NCBI GenBank assembly: GCA_028826165.1
Contig: JAPDFW010000068.1
Coordinates: forward strand, 310,001-374,000
Reading direction: 5' to 3'
Length of the DNA: 64,000 bases
Source: Anaeramoeba ignava BMAN
Lineage: Eukaryota > Protista > Anaeramoebae
The notes below the pieces were generated by a model, which was not told where the DNA came from, ran no database searches, and saw only the letters and a program-made list of their open reading frames with translations. Positions within the stretch are counted from its first letter, which is position 1; each line of letters begins with the position of its first letter. The translations under genes and the position numbers were made by a program. Shown one piece after another: positions 40,147 to 52,084 of this stretch.

Positions 40147-41676
40147 ATGGAAAATTATTTAAATTTAGAAAAACTTTCAAATGATTTTAAAAATTTATTT
40201 CAAAATCAAAATGAAAATCAAAAAGAAAAAGAAAGTTATTTTGATTTTGAAATAATTTGTGAACAAAATAAAATTTCATTTAAAACTCATAAATCAATTC
40301 TTTCTTCAAGAAGTGAATATTTTAAATCTCTTTTTAAATCTAAAATGAAAGAATATCAAGAAAATAAATTAATTCTAAAAGATGTTTCAAGTTTAATTCT
40401 ATTTCCAATTTTGAATTATTTTTATTCAGGAAAAATTGAAATTAATTTAGAAAATTCAATTCAAATTTTAATTTTTTCATCAAAATATTTAATTGATGAA
40501 TTAATTGAATTTTCTTCAAATTTTATCAAAAATAATTTACAATTTGAAACTATTATTGATGTTCTTAAATTATGTGAATCAATGAACTTAAATCAATTAA
40601 TAGATTCTTCTTATCAATTTATTTCTGAAAATTTTGAAAAATTTATCAAAACTCCATTTTTTCTTGAACTTGAAGAAAATCATTTAAATTCAATTTTATC
40701 AAATTATGAAATTCCATTAAATGAATTTGAACTTTTTCAATCAATAATAAAATGGGGAAAACATAAATCAAATATTAATCAAGAAAAAGAAAATAAAAAA
40801 CTAAATAAAAAAGAAAAAGAAAAAATTCAAGATCAAATTTCAAATATTATTCAAAAAATCAGATTTATTGATTTTTCAAAACAAGAACTTAAATATATTT
40901 TACAAGAAAATTTAATTCCAAATCAAATTTCACAAAAATTAATTCAATTCCAAAAACTTCAAAAAGAAAATGAAAAAGAAAATCAAAAAGAAAATGAAAA
41001 AGAAAATGAAAAAGAAAATGAATTAAATGAATTAAATGAATTAAATGAAAAATCATTAATTTTTAAATCAAAATTTAGTTTAAACAATTCAGAAATTATT
41101 AAAAATAAAGAATATATCAAGAAATTAAAAGAATGGATAAATGATGATGAATTCTTTTCCAAAATGAAAAAAGGATATTCAGCCAAAAGAGATGGATTTA
41201 ATTGTGAAAAATGGCATGATAAATGTGATGATAAAGGAAAAACATTAATTATTATCAAAACCAAAGATAATTTCATTTTTGGAGGATTTACTCAAATTGG
41301 ATGGACAAGTGAACAAATAGAATGGAATAAAGATGATGAAAAAGATGAATTTGGATGGATTTTTGATTCAGATTCATTTATTTTTTCATTAAGAAATGAT
41401 AAAGGAGATCGAAAACCAGAAAAATTTACAATTAAAAAAACAGAAAAAAAATATTCAATTTATTATGATTATTCAGAACTTGGACCAACTTTTGGAGGTA
41501 AATATGGAATTTCAGATTTTTCCTTAAATTTCGATTTACAAACAAATTATTCAAATTTTGGTAATAGTTATAATTTACCTGATGGAATTGAATATGAAAC
41601 AAATGAAGCTCAAAGTTATTTAGCTGGTTCTTATAATAATTGGGAAGTTGAAGAACTTGAAACTTATTTCATTTAA
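40147..41676 (+). CDS. BTB-BACK-TLDc domain protein, left copy
   Basis: FKTHKSILSSRSEYFKSLF (BTB), NEFELFQSIIKWG and IRF (BACK), YSAKRDGF...WHDKCDDKGKTLIIIKT...FGGFT...SFIFSL...GPTFG...ELETY (TLDc). Confidence 0.92.
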   Translation: MENYLNLEKLSNDFKNLFQNQNENQKEKESYFDFEIICEQNKISFKTHKSILSSRSEYFKSLFKSKMKEYQENKLILKDVSSLILFPILNYFYSGKIEINLENSIQILIFSSKYLIDELIEFSSNFIKNNLQFETIIDVLKLCESMNLNQLIDSSYQFISENFEKFIKTPFFLELEENHLNSILSNYEIPLNEFELFQSIIKWGKHKSNINQEKENKKLNKKEKEKIQDQISNIIQKIRFIDFSKQELKYILQENLIPNQISQKLIQFQKLQKENEKENQKENEKENEKENELNELNELNEKSLIFKSKFSLNNSEIIKNKEYIKKLKEWINDDEFFSKMKKGYSAKRDGFNCEKWHDKCDDKGKTLIIIKTKDNFIFGGFTQIGWTSEQIEWNKDDEKDEFGWIFDSDSFIFSLRNDKGDRKPEKFTIKKTEKKYSIYYDYSELGPTFGGKYGISDFSLNFDLQTNYSNFGNSYNLPDGIEYETNEAQSYLAGSYNNWEVEELETYFI

Positions 41677-41949
41677 AAATTCAATTTCAATAAAATAAAA
41701 TTATTCAAAATAACAAATAAAAAAAGAAATAAATTTAAAAAATTTTCAAATTAATTTTAAAAAATGATTAAAAATTAAACAAAAACAAATTTCAAATTAA
41801 TAAAATTATTTTTTAAAGATTATAAAGAAAAATAAAAATTGAAAATAGAAATTAATAATAATTAAATTTAAATTATTTATTATTATATAAATTATTAAAA
41901 AGAATAAATGATAATCTATTAATAAAAATTATTAAAATTCAATTTTTAT

Positions 41950-42810
41950 TCTAATTAAAATATTTTATTTATTTTTTTTAAATATTGGGAATTATTTTAT
42001 ATTATTTTAAATAAATAAATATTAATAAAATATATAAAATAAAATTAATTTTAAAGTTAATTATTTAATATTCTTTATTTAAATTTTGAAATAAACTAAT
42101 TAAAATATTTTATTAATTTTTTTAAATATTGGGAATTATTTTATATTATTTTAAATAAATAAATATTAATAAAAATATATTAAAATAAAATTAATTTTAA
42201 AGAGTTAATTATTTATTTAAATATTATTTATTTAAAATTTGAAATAAATTAATTAAAATATTTTATTAATTTTATTTTAAATATTAAAATTATTTTATAT
42301 TATTTTAAATAAATAAATATTAATAAAATATATAAAATAAAATTAATTTTAAAGTTGATTATTTAATATTCTTTTATTTAAATTTTGAAATAAATTAATT
42401 AAAATATTTTATTTATTTTTAAATATTGGGAATTATTTTATATTATTTTAAATAAATAAATATTAATAAAATATATAAAATAAAATTAATTTTAAAGTTA
42501 ATTATTTAATATTCTTTATTTAAATTTTGAAATAAATTAATTAAAATATTTTATTTATTTTATTTAAATATTGGGAATTATTTTATATTATTTTAAATAA
42601 ATAAATATAAATAAAATATATAAAATAAAATTAATTTTAAAGTTGATTATTTAATATTATTTATTTAAATTTTGAAATAAATTAATTAAAATATTTTATT
42701 ACTTTTATTTAAATATTGGGTATTATTTTATACTATTTTGAATAAATAAATATTAATAAAATATATAAAATAAAATTAATTTTAAAGTTAATTATTTAAT
42801 ATTATTTATT
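41950..42810. repeat. ~145-bp AT-rich satellite, about 6 copies, inner end of left arm
   Basis: ATATTGGG marker at ~41987, 42131, (variant ~42285), 42428, 42573 and 42718. Confidence 0.88.
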
Positions 42811-42845
42811 CCATTTTTTTCATTTTTTTTCTTTTTGTTTTGAAA

Positions 42846-44435
42846 ATGATTTTACCAAATTTCCTTCAAGAGATTCATTGTGAAAAAATTGAAACTAAAG
42901 GACATCATTGGCCAACAGAAACAAGAAGCCACTCTTTGAATTTTTTTGAAAATAAATTAATTCTTTTTGGAGGTTATTCAAATAAATTAAACACAAAAAA
43001 AAGAAATGAAAAAGAAAAAGAAAAAGAAAAAACCAAAAGAAGAAATTTTTAATGAATTTCAAAAAGAAAATATCAAAATATTTGAATTTGAAATTGCAAA
43101 ATTAAGATGGAGAATTTATAATTATGAATCAAAAGAAACAAAAGAAATTCTTCAAATAAACAAAATGAATGATAAAAATCAAAAAATACCAAATCAAGAA
43201 ATTGGAGAACACACATCTATAGTTGTTAATGGGAAAATGTATGTTTTTGGAGGTTTTATTCCTGGTTTAGGTGCTGTAAATGATCTATTTATATTTGATT
43301 TAGTGAATAGACAATGGTATCAAAATGACCAATCGCAAATGTGTGATGTTCCAAATAAAAGATTTGATCATCATTGCTTAGTTTTTCGAAATAATTTACT
43401 CTTTATTTTTGGAGGTTGGAATTTATACAAATATTTTAATAAGAAAATTTATGCTATTAAATTGAAAGAAACTTGGGAATATGATTCTGATGATTTTTTT
43501 GAACAAGAAAATGAAAATTTAAATCCAAATCAAAATCAAAATCAAAATCAAAATCAAAATCAAAATCAAATTCAAAATATAAACCAAAATCAAAATCAAA
43601 ATCAAAATCAAAATATAAATCAAAATCAAAATCAAAATCAAAATCAAAATCAAAATCAAAATCAAAATCAAAATCAAAATCAAAATCAAAATCAAAATCA
43701 AAATCAAAATCAAAATCAAAATCAAAATATAAATATAAATCAAAATCAAAATATAAATCAAAATCAAAACAATATTTCAAATGAAATTGGAGAAATTTTA
43801 ATCAATTATGAATGGAAAAGTGTGATTGTTGAAGGAATAACTCCACCTGATACTTTAAGAGGTTTTTCATCAAGTTTGTGGAGAAATAAGATTTTTATTT
43901 TTGGGGGAATTAATGAAAATAATGAATTTTCAAATGATTTATGGGTTCTTCATATTAACGATTTAAGAGAAGGTAAAAAAAAAATTTAAATGATTTTTGA
44001 AAAAAGAAAAAAATTTTTTGTTCCACTTTTTTTTCCATTTTGAAAAAAAAAAATAATCAAATTATGAATTTAAATGAAATAGAAGTCATTTGTGTTTGGA
44101 GTAAATTAGAAACTTTTGGAAACTGTCCTTCTCCTCGAGCTTTTCATAGTGCTGATGTTATTGATGGAAATTTGCTTATTTTTGGAGGAGTTGATTCTTC
44201 AGATTTTTTCCAAGATTTTTTTTGTTTAGATCTTTCTCAATTAAAATGGTATCAACCAATTATTAAAGGAGATATTCCTTCATCAAGAAGTCATCATTCA
44301 ATGACAAAAATAAATGAAACAACTTTGTATATTTTTGGAGGAATGTTTAATGATTCATTTTTAAATGATTTATACAAATTGAATGTTGTTTTAAAGAATA
44401 AATTTGAAGAAGAAAGAAAGAAAAAAATTATTTAA
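42846..44435 (+). CDS. Kelch-repeat beta-propeller protein with QN insert; intron 43973-44082; one apparent frameshift in the A-rich stretch ~43000-43040
   Basis: Repeated R..H(S/T)......LxxFGG...NDLxxxD....W kelch motifs in three ORF pieces. The phase-1 GT-AG intron restores ...LRE-EVICVWSKL. Confidence 0.83.
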
Positions 44436-44657
44436 AAAAGAAAAAATATTTTTTTTTTGTTCCACTTTTTTTTATTGAAAAGAAAAGAAGAAAAAAAACA
44501 ACAAAAACAAGTTTCTTATTTCTTATTTCTTTGTTTTGTTTTGTTTTTTTTTGGGAATTTGAAATTTGAAATTTAAGATGAAAAAAAAAAGTGAAAAAAG
44601 AAGAAGAAAATCAAATCTTCTTAAAATAAAAGAGATTTTTTAAATTTTTTAAATTTT

Positions 44658-47600
44658 TTAAATGATATTGCAACAACCACAACTTTTTTTTTGAGTTTTT
44701 GGAACAAGAGAAGTTTTTTCATCAGGAATATTCTCAATATCATCATCTTTTTTCAAATCAATATCATCATCTTTTTTCAAATCAATATTATCATCCAATT
44801 CATCAGCATCTTTAATTGGTTTTGCAATTTCTTTTTCATCTTCCAAATCATTTTCTTTATTTTTTTCCTTATCAATATTTTCTTGTTGACGAACAATAAT
44901 TACATTTGGTTTTTTTCCAAAAGAAACTGATCTTTTCTTTAACTTTTTAGTTGGATCATATTCTTTACTTGGTTTTCTCAGAATTGAATTCTTTTTTGGT
45001 CCATAACTTTTTTTTTCTTGATTATCAATTGGTTTATTCTCATTTTCTAATTCTGGTTTTTTCTCTTCAATTTTTGGAAGATTAACTATAAACTTGAATA
45101 ATTTCCAAGGATGGAATTTGCTTTGTGATTCATCAATATTGATTGAAACTAATGATGAAATTGCTTGTTTTAATGATTGCTCTTTTTTTTCTATCCGACA
45201 AATTTTATCTTCTTTAAAAATTTTGGCTTTTGAACGTTTTGCAAAAACTTTTTCCCATTTTTCATATTCATCTTTTTCTGGAATTTCAACTGTAAATTGT
45301 GTTTTTTCTGAGATTATCTTTATTTTGGAATCTGGAAGTGGTGTAAATCTAGAATTATCAACAATCATCCAATATTTTAATTCTTCAAGAGACTATTTTA
45401 ATTTTAATTATAATTATAATTTTAATTTTAATTTTAATTTTAATTTTAATTTTGAATTTAAATTTTAATTTTAATTTAATTTTAATTTTAATTTTAAATT
45501 TTAATTTTAATTTTAATTATAAATTTTAATTTTAATTTTAATTTTAATTTTAATTTTAATTTTAATTTTAATTTTAAATTTTAAATTTTAATTTTAATTT
45601 TAATTTTAATTTAATTTTAATTTTAATTTTAATTTTAATTTTAATTTTAATTTTAATTTTAATTTTAATTTTAATTTTTAATTTTAATTTTAATTTTAAT
45701 TTTTAATTTTTAATTTTAAATTTTAATTTTAATTTTTAATTTTAATTTTAATTTTAAATATAATTTTAAATTTTAATTTTAATTTTAATTTTAATTTTAA
45801 TTATAATTTTAAATATAATTTATAATTTTAGTTTTAATTTAATTTTAATTTTAATTTTAATTTTAATTTTAATTTTGATTTTAATTTTAATTTTAATTTT
45901 AATTTTAATTTTAATTTTAATTTTAAATTTAATTTTAAATTTAATTTTAATTTTAATTTTAATTTTAATTTATTTCAATTTTAATTTTAATTTTAAAATG
46001 TTTTACTTCATCTTTAAAAATAAACAAAAATTTTGATTGTAAAATGAAATAAGATTGAATCCAAGAATCATTATCAGAAGTAATTTTAAACATGCTTTTT
46101 TTTTTAGACATTTTCAACCAATTTTGACCATATTTTGCAATTTTGAAAACAGCATCATAAGCCTCTGAAATTTTTCCAAGTTTGTAATAAATCAAAGATG
46201 ATCTAACATATAAAATTGGGTTTTTTGAATCAATTTGGATTCCTTCATTAATGAATTCAAGACTTTTCTCATAATTTTCTTTTATAAATTCTTCTTTTGC
46301 TTGTTCAAGAATATTTTTAATTTTTTTCTCTTCTACTTTGTGATTTGCTGCTCGAAATCCATCTTGAATTCTTTGTTCAAATGGATTTAAGTTTTTTGCT
46401 TTTTCTAAAAATTCTAATGCTTCTTCATATCTTTCAAGGAAGAAAAGTGTAATTCCATGTCGGAATAATACCTTTTTTAATTTTGATTATAAATTTAATT
46501 TTAATTTTAATTTTAATTTTAATTTTAATTTTTTAATTTTAATTTTAATTTTAATTTTAATTTTAAATTTAATTTTAATTATAATTTTTATTCTAATTTT
46601 AATTTTAATTTTAATTTTAATTTTAATTTTGATTTTAATTTTTGATTTTAAATTTTAATTTTAATTTTAATTTTAATTTTAATTTTAATTTTAATTTTAA
46701 TTTTAATTTTAATTTTAATTTTAATTTTAATTTTAATTTTAATTTTAATTTTAATTTTTAATTTTAATTTTAATTTTAATTTTAATTTTAATTTTAATTT
46801 TAATTTTAATTTTAATTTTTAATTTTTATTTTAATTTTAATTTTAATTTTAATTTTAATTTTAATCTTAATTTTAATTTTAATTTGAATTTTAATTTTAA
46901 TTTTAATTTGAATTTTAATTTTAATTTTAATTTTATAAATAAATTTTAATTTTAATTTTGAAAAAAAAAGAAATAGAAGTACATATTCTGATTGTTCATT
47001 AAGTTTTAAAAGCTCTGAAGTATCAGACAAAGCATCTTTATGATTACGTAAAGCATTAAAAGCAGCAGCACGATAAGATAAAATATCATATTTAACAGAA
47101 TCAGAAATATCATCAAAATCCAAAGAAGAAGTCAAAATAGAAATAGCTTTTTGATAATCTGTATTGTTAAAAAGTTTAACTCCTTGATAAATTTTATCCC
47201 ATGATTCTGGATAACTAAATTTCATTTGAACATCAAGAACAATCGATTCTTCTTCTTCTTTTTCTTTTAATTTTGTTTTTAAAACCATGTTTAATGTCTC
47301 GTTTGTGTTCCGTGGTAATATTGATAGATCTAATCTCACATCCCCAACAAATCCTTCTTGTAATTTATCATCAGTCCACACAGTAAACTTGAAATATGGT
47401 TTTATTCGCTCAATTTTACTATTGTTTTATATTTTAATTTTAATTTTAATTTTAATTTTAATTTTAATTTTAATTTTAATTTTAATTTTAATTTTAATTT
47501 TAATTTTAATTTTAATTTTAATTTTAATTTTAATTTTAATTTTAATTTTAATTTTAATTTTAATTTTAATTTTAATTTTAATTTTAATTTTAATTTTTAA

Positions 47601-48498
47601 TTTTAATTTTTAATTTTAATTTTAATTTTTAATTTTAATTTTAATTTTAATTTTAATTTTGATTTTAATTTTTAATTTTAATTTTAATTTTAATTTTTAA
47701 ATTTTAATTTTTAATTTTAATTTTATAATTTTAATTTTAATTTTAATTTTTAATTTTAATTTTTAATTTTAAATTTTAATTTTAATTTTAATTTTAATTT
47801 TAATTTTAATTTTAATTTTAATTTTAATTTAAATTTTAATTTTTAATTTTAATTTTAATTTTAATTTTAATTTTAATTTTAATTTTTTTTTAATTTTAAT
47901 TTTAATTTTAATTTTAATTTTAATTTTAATTTTAATTTTGATTTTAATTTTAATTTTTAATTTTAATTTTATATTTTAATTTTAATTTTAATTTTAATTT
48001 TAATTTAAATTTAATTTTAATTTTAATTTTAATTTTTAATTTTAATTTTAATTTTAATTTTTAATTTTATTTAATTTTAATTTTAATTTTAATTTTAATT
48101 TTAAATTTTAATTTTAATTTTAATTTTAATTTTAATTTTAATTTTTAATTTTAATTTTAATTTTAATTTTAATTTTAATTTTAATTTTAATTTTAATTTT
48201 AATTTTAATTTTAATTTTACATTTAAAAAGATTCATTCAAGAATTTTTCCATCTTTAAATTTTAATTTTGGATTTAATTTTTACAAATTTCTTTTTCAAT
48301 TTAAAAGCACAAAAATTTTTATTTTGAATGAAGAGTTTTTCAGTTTTAATTTGAATAACTATTTGGAAAAATAATGTAAAATGAGGTTTTAATTTAATTT
48401 TTAATTAATTTTAAATTTTTTTTAATTTTTTTTTTTTAAATTTTAATTTTAATTTTTTTTAATTTTACTTTTAAAATTTCCAAAACACTTTCACTCAT
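44658..48498 (-). CDS. C2-TPR-PH protein with SILK/RVxF motifs and C-terminal CGCCNII lipidation signal; confident exons 47418-46983, 46471-46007, 45392-44658; 5' exons (48498-48469, ~48358-48221) uncertain
   Basis: FKFTVWTDD...GFVGDVRLDL (C2); YQKAISIL...YRAAAF...ALSD and VLFRHG...YEEAL...A..LNP (TPR); GQNWLKM...WIQSYFIL...FLFIFKD...EYEKWEKVF (PH). Phase-0 GT-AG introns are filled with TTAAAA repeats. Confidence 0.78.
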
Positions 48499-48734
48499 TT
48501 TTAAGAAAGAAAAATGAAAAAAATAAAATTTGCTTTTTCTTTTTCATTTAAAAAGAAAATTTTAAAAATTTTAATTAATTTATTTCAAATTTTGAATAAA
48601 TAATAGTTTTTAAATAATTGGAAAAATAATGTAAAATTTAAAATTTTAATCAGTTTTCCTTTTTCTTTTTCCTTTTTATTTATTTATTTTATTTATAATA
48701 TTTTAAAAGAAAAATGAAAAAAAAAATTTCACTT

Positions 48735-49515
48735 TTATTTAAATAAAATAAATAAAATATTTTAATTAATTTATTTCAAAATTTAAATAAATAATATTAA
48801 ATAATCAACTTTAAAATTAATTTTATTTTATATATTTTATTAATATTTATTTATTAAAAATAATATAAAATAATTCCCAATATTTAAAATAAAATTAATA
48901 AAATATTTTAATTAATTTATTTCAAAAATTTGAATAAAAGAATATTAAATAATTAACTTTTAAAATTAATTTTATTTTATATATTTTATTAATATTTATT
49001 TATTGAAATTAATATAAAATAATTCCCAATATTTAAATAAAATAAATAAAATATTTTAATTAATTTATTTCAAAATTTAAATAAATAATATTAAATAATT
49101 AACTTTAAAATTAATTTTTATTTTTTTTTTATATATTTTATTAATATTTATTTATTCAAAATAATATAAAATAATTTCCAATATTTAAATAAAACTTTAA
49201 AATAAAAAATATTTTTAATTAATTTATTTTAAAATTTAAATAAAAAATATTAAATAATCAACTTTAAAATTAATTTTATTTTTATATATTTTATTAATAT
49301 TTATTTATTCAAAAATAATATAAAATAATTCCCAATATTTAAATAAAATTAATAAAATATTTTAATTAATTTATTTCAAAATTTAAATAAATAATATTAA
49401 ATAATTAACTTTAAAAATTAATTTTATTTTTATATATTTTATTAATATTTATTTATTCAAAATAATATAAAATAATTCCCAATATTTAAATAAAATAAAT
49501 AAAATATTTTAATTA
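48735..49515. repeat. ~150-bp AT-rich satellite, about 5 copies, inverted relative to 41950-42810
   Basis: CCCAATAT marker at ~48876, 49025, (49178), 49331 and 49478. Confidence 0.88.
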
Positions 49516-49791
49516 AGAATAAAAATTGAATTTTAATAATTTTTATTAATAGATTATCATTTATTCTTTTTAATAATTTATATAATAATAAATAATTTAA
49601 ATTTAATTATTATTAATTTCTATTTTCAATTTTTATTTTTCTTTATAATCTTTAAAAAATAATTTTATTAATTTGAAATTTGTTTTTGTTTAATTTTTAA
49701 TCATTTTTTAAAATTAATTTGAAAATTTTTTAAATTTATTTCTTTTTTTATTTGTTATTTTGAGTAATTTTATTTTATTGAAATTGAATTT

Positions 49792-51363
49792 TTAAATGAA
49801 ATAAGTTTCAAGTTCATCAACTTCCCAATTATTATAAGAACCAGCTAAATAACTTTGAGCTTCATTTGTTTCATATTCAATTCCATCAGGTAAATTATAA
49901 CTATTACCAAAATTTGAATAATTTGTTTGTAAATCGAAATTTAAGGAAAAATCTGCAATTCCATATTTACCTCCAAAAGTTGGTCCAAGTTCTGAATAAT
50001 CATAAAAAATTGAATATTTTTTTTCTGTTTGTTTAATTGTAAATTTTTCTGGTTTTCGATCTCCTTTATCATTTCTTAATGAAAAAATAAATGAATCTGA
50101 ATCAAAAATCCATCCAAATTCATCTTTTTCATCATCTTTATTCCATTCTATTTGTTCACTTGTCCATCCAATTTGAGTAAATCCTCCAAAAATGAAATTA
50201 TCTTTGGTTTTGATAATAATTAATGTTTTTCCTCTATCATCACATTTATCATGCCATTTTTCACAATCAAATCCATCTCTTTTGGCTGAATATCCTTTTT
50301 TCATTTTGGAAAAGAATTCATCATCATTTATCCATTCTTTTAATTTCTTGATATATTCTTTATTTTTAATAATTTCTGAATTGTTTAAACTAAATTTTGA
50401 TTTAAAAATTAATGATTTTTCATTTAATTCATTTAATTCATTTTCTTTTTCATTTTCTTTTTGATTTAATTCATTTAATTCATTTAATTCATTTAATTCA
50501 TTTTCAATAAATTCATTTCCTTTTTCATTTTCATTTTCATTTTCTTTTTGAAGTTTTTGGAATTGAATTAATTTTTGTGAAATTTGATTTGGAATTAAAT
50601 TTTCTTGTAAAATATATTTAAGTTCTTGTTTTGAAAAATCAATAAATCTGATTTTTTGAATAATATTTGAAATTTGATCTTGAATTTTTTCTTTTTCTTT
50701 TTTATTTAGTTTTTCATTTTCTTTTTCTTGATTAATATTTGATTTATGTTTTCCCCATTTTATTATTGATTGAAAAAGTTCAAATTCATTTAATGGAATT
50801 TCATAATTTGATAAAATTAAATTTAAATGATTTTCTTCAAGTTCAAGAAAAAATGGAGTTTTGATAAATTTTTCAAAATTTTCAGAAATAAATTGATAAG
50901 AAGAATCTATTAATTGATTTAAGTTCATTGATTCACATAATTTAAGAACATCAATAATAGTTTCAAATTGTAAATTATTTTTGATAAAATTTGAAGAAAA
51001 TTCAATTAATTCATCAATTAAATATTTTGATGAAAAAATTAAAATTTGAATTGAATTTTCTAAATTAATTTCAATTTTTCCTGAATAAAAATAATTCAAA
51101 ATTGGAAATAGAATTAAACTTGAAACATCTTTTAGAATTAATTTATTTTCTTGATATTCTTTCATTTTAGATTTAAAAAGAGATTTAAAATATTCACTTC
51201 TTGAAGAAAGAATTAATTTATGAGTTTTAAATGAAATTTTATTTTGTTCACAAATTATTTCAAAATCAAAATAACTTTCATTTTCTTTTTCTTTTTCATT
51301 TTGATTTTGAAATAAATTTTTAAAATCATTTGAAAGTTTTTCTAAATTTAAATAATTTTCCAT
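49792..51363 (-). CDS. BTB-BACK-TLDc domain protein, right copy
   Basis: Intact 523-aa ORF, near-identical to 40147-41676. Confidence 0.92.
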   Translation of the reverse strand: MENYLNLEKLSNDFKNLFQNQNEKEKENESYFDFEIICEQNKISFKTHKLILSSRSEYFKSLFKSKMKEYQENKLILKDVSSLILFPILNYFYSGKIEINLENSIQILIFSSKYLIDELIEFSSNFIKNNLQFETIIDVLKLCESMNLNQLIDSSYQFISENFEKFIKTPFFLELEENHLNLILSNYEIPLNEFELFQSIIKWGKHKSNINQEKENEKLNKKEKEKIQDQISNIIQKIRFIDFSKQELKYILQENLIPNQISQKLIQFQKLQKENENENEKGNEFIENELNELNELNELNQKENEKENELNELNEKSLIFKSKFSLNNSEIIKNKEYIKKLKEWINDDEFFSKMKKGYSAKRDGFDCEKWHDKCDDRGKTLIIIKTKDNFIFGGFTQIGWTSEQIEWNKDDEKDEFGWIFDSDSFIFSLRNDKGDRKPEKFTIKQTEKKYSIFYDYSELGPTFGGKYGIADFSLNFDLQTNYSNFGNSYNLPDGIEYETNEAQSYLAGSYNNWEVDELETYFI

Positions 51364-51631
51364 TTTAAAAAAAATGAAAAGAAAAAAATGAAATTTTTAA
51401 TTTTAATTTTAATTTTAATTTTAATTTTAATTTTAATTTTAATTTTAATTTTAATTTTAATTTTAATTTTAATTTTAATTTTAATTTTAATTTTAATTTT
51501 AATTTTAATTTTAATTTTAATTTTAATTTTAATTTTTAATTTTAATTTTAATTTTAATTTTAATTTTAATTTTAATTTTTATTTTAATTTTAATTTTAAT
51601 TTTGATTTTAATTTTGATTTTAATTTTAATT

Positions 51632-52084
51632 CTAATTTTGATTTTGATAAATCATTTTATAATGTTCAATTCCAACTTCAAAAAACATATCTCCTTCTTT
51701 TTTAAATCCTAATTTTTCATAAAATGGAACAACTGGAGCTCTTGCATGACAATAAATAGTTTTTATTGATTTTTTATCTTTAAATTCATCTTGAATTTTT
51801 TTAATTAAATTTCTTCCAATTCCTTTTTTTTGGAAATCAATATCAACAAGCATTTGAAAAATTTTAAGAGTTTGATTTGATTCATAAATAGAAACACATC
51901 CAATAACATTTCCTTCAAAAATTGCTGCTAAATGTTTTGTTTCTTTTTTTCCATCTAATAAATTATTTTCTGTTCCTCTTTTCATATTTATTGGTTTTCT
52001 TAAAATTTGATATCTTAATTCTAAAATTTGTTTAAAATATTCTTCATCTTCACAAATCCATTTTAAATCATAATCTTTTTCCAT
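51632..52084 (-). CDS. GNAT acetyltransferase (ElaA/YjcF-like), right copy, intact and intronless
   Basis: LRYQILRKP, motif A (QMLVDIDFQKKGIGRNLI), YCHARAPVVPFYEKLGF and FFEVGIEHYKM. Confidence 0.9.
   Translation of the reverse strand: MEKDYDLKWICEDEEYFKQILELRYQILRKPINMKRGTENNLLDGKKETKHLAAIFEGNVIGCVSIYESNQTLKIFQMLVDIDFQKKGIGRNLIKKIQDEFKDKKSIKTIYCHARAPVVPFYEKLGFKKEGDMFFEVGIEHYKMIYQNQN

Larger units (their letters stand above)
26200..42810. repeat. Left arm of a large inverted duplication (outer limit undefined because the right arm runs off the window)
   Basis: Genes and intergenic sequence match the reverse complement of 48735-64000 in mirrored order. Confidence 0.95.

Noticed and set aside
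42810-48735. Autonomous transposon or Polinton between the inverted satellites
   Set aside because: There is no transposase, integrase, polymerase or capsid gene; both spacer genes are ordinary intron-containing eukaryotic genes.
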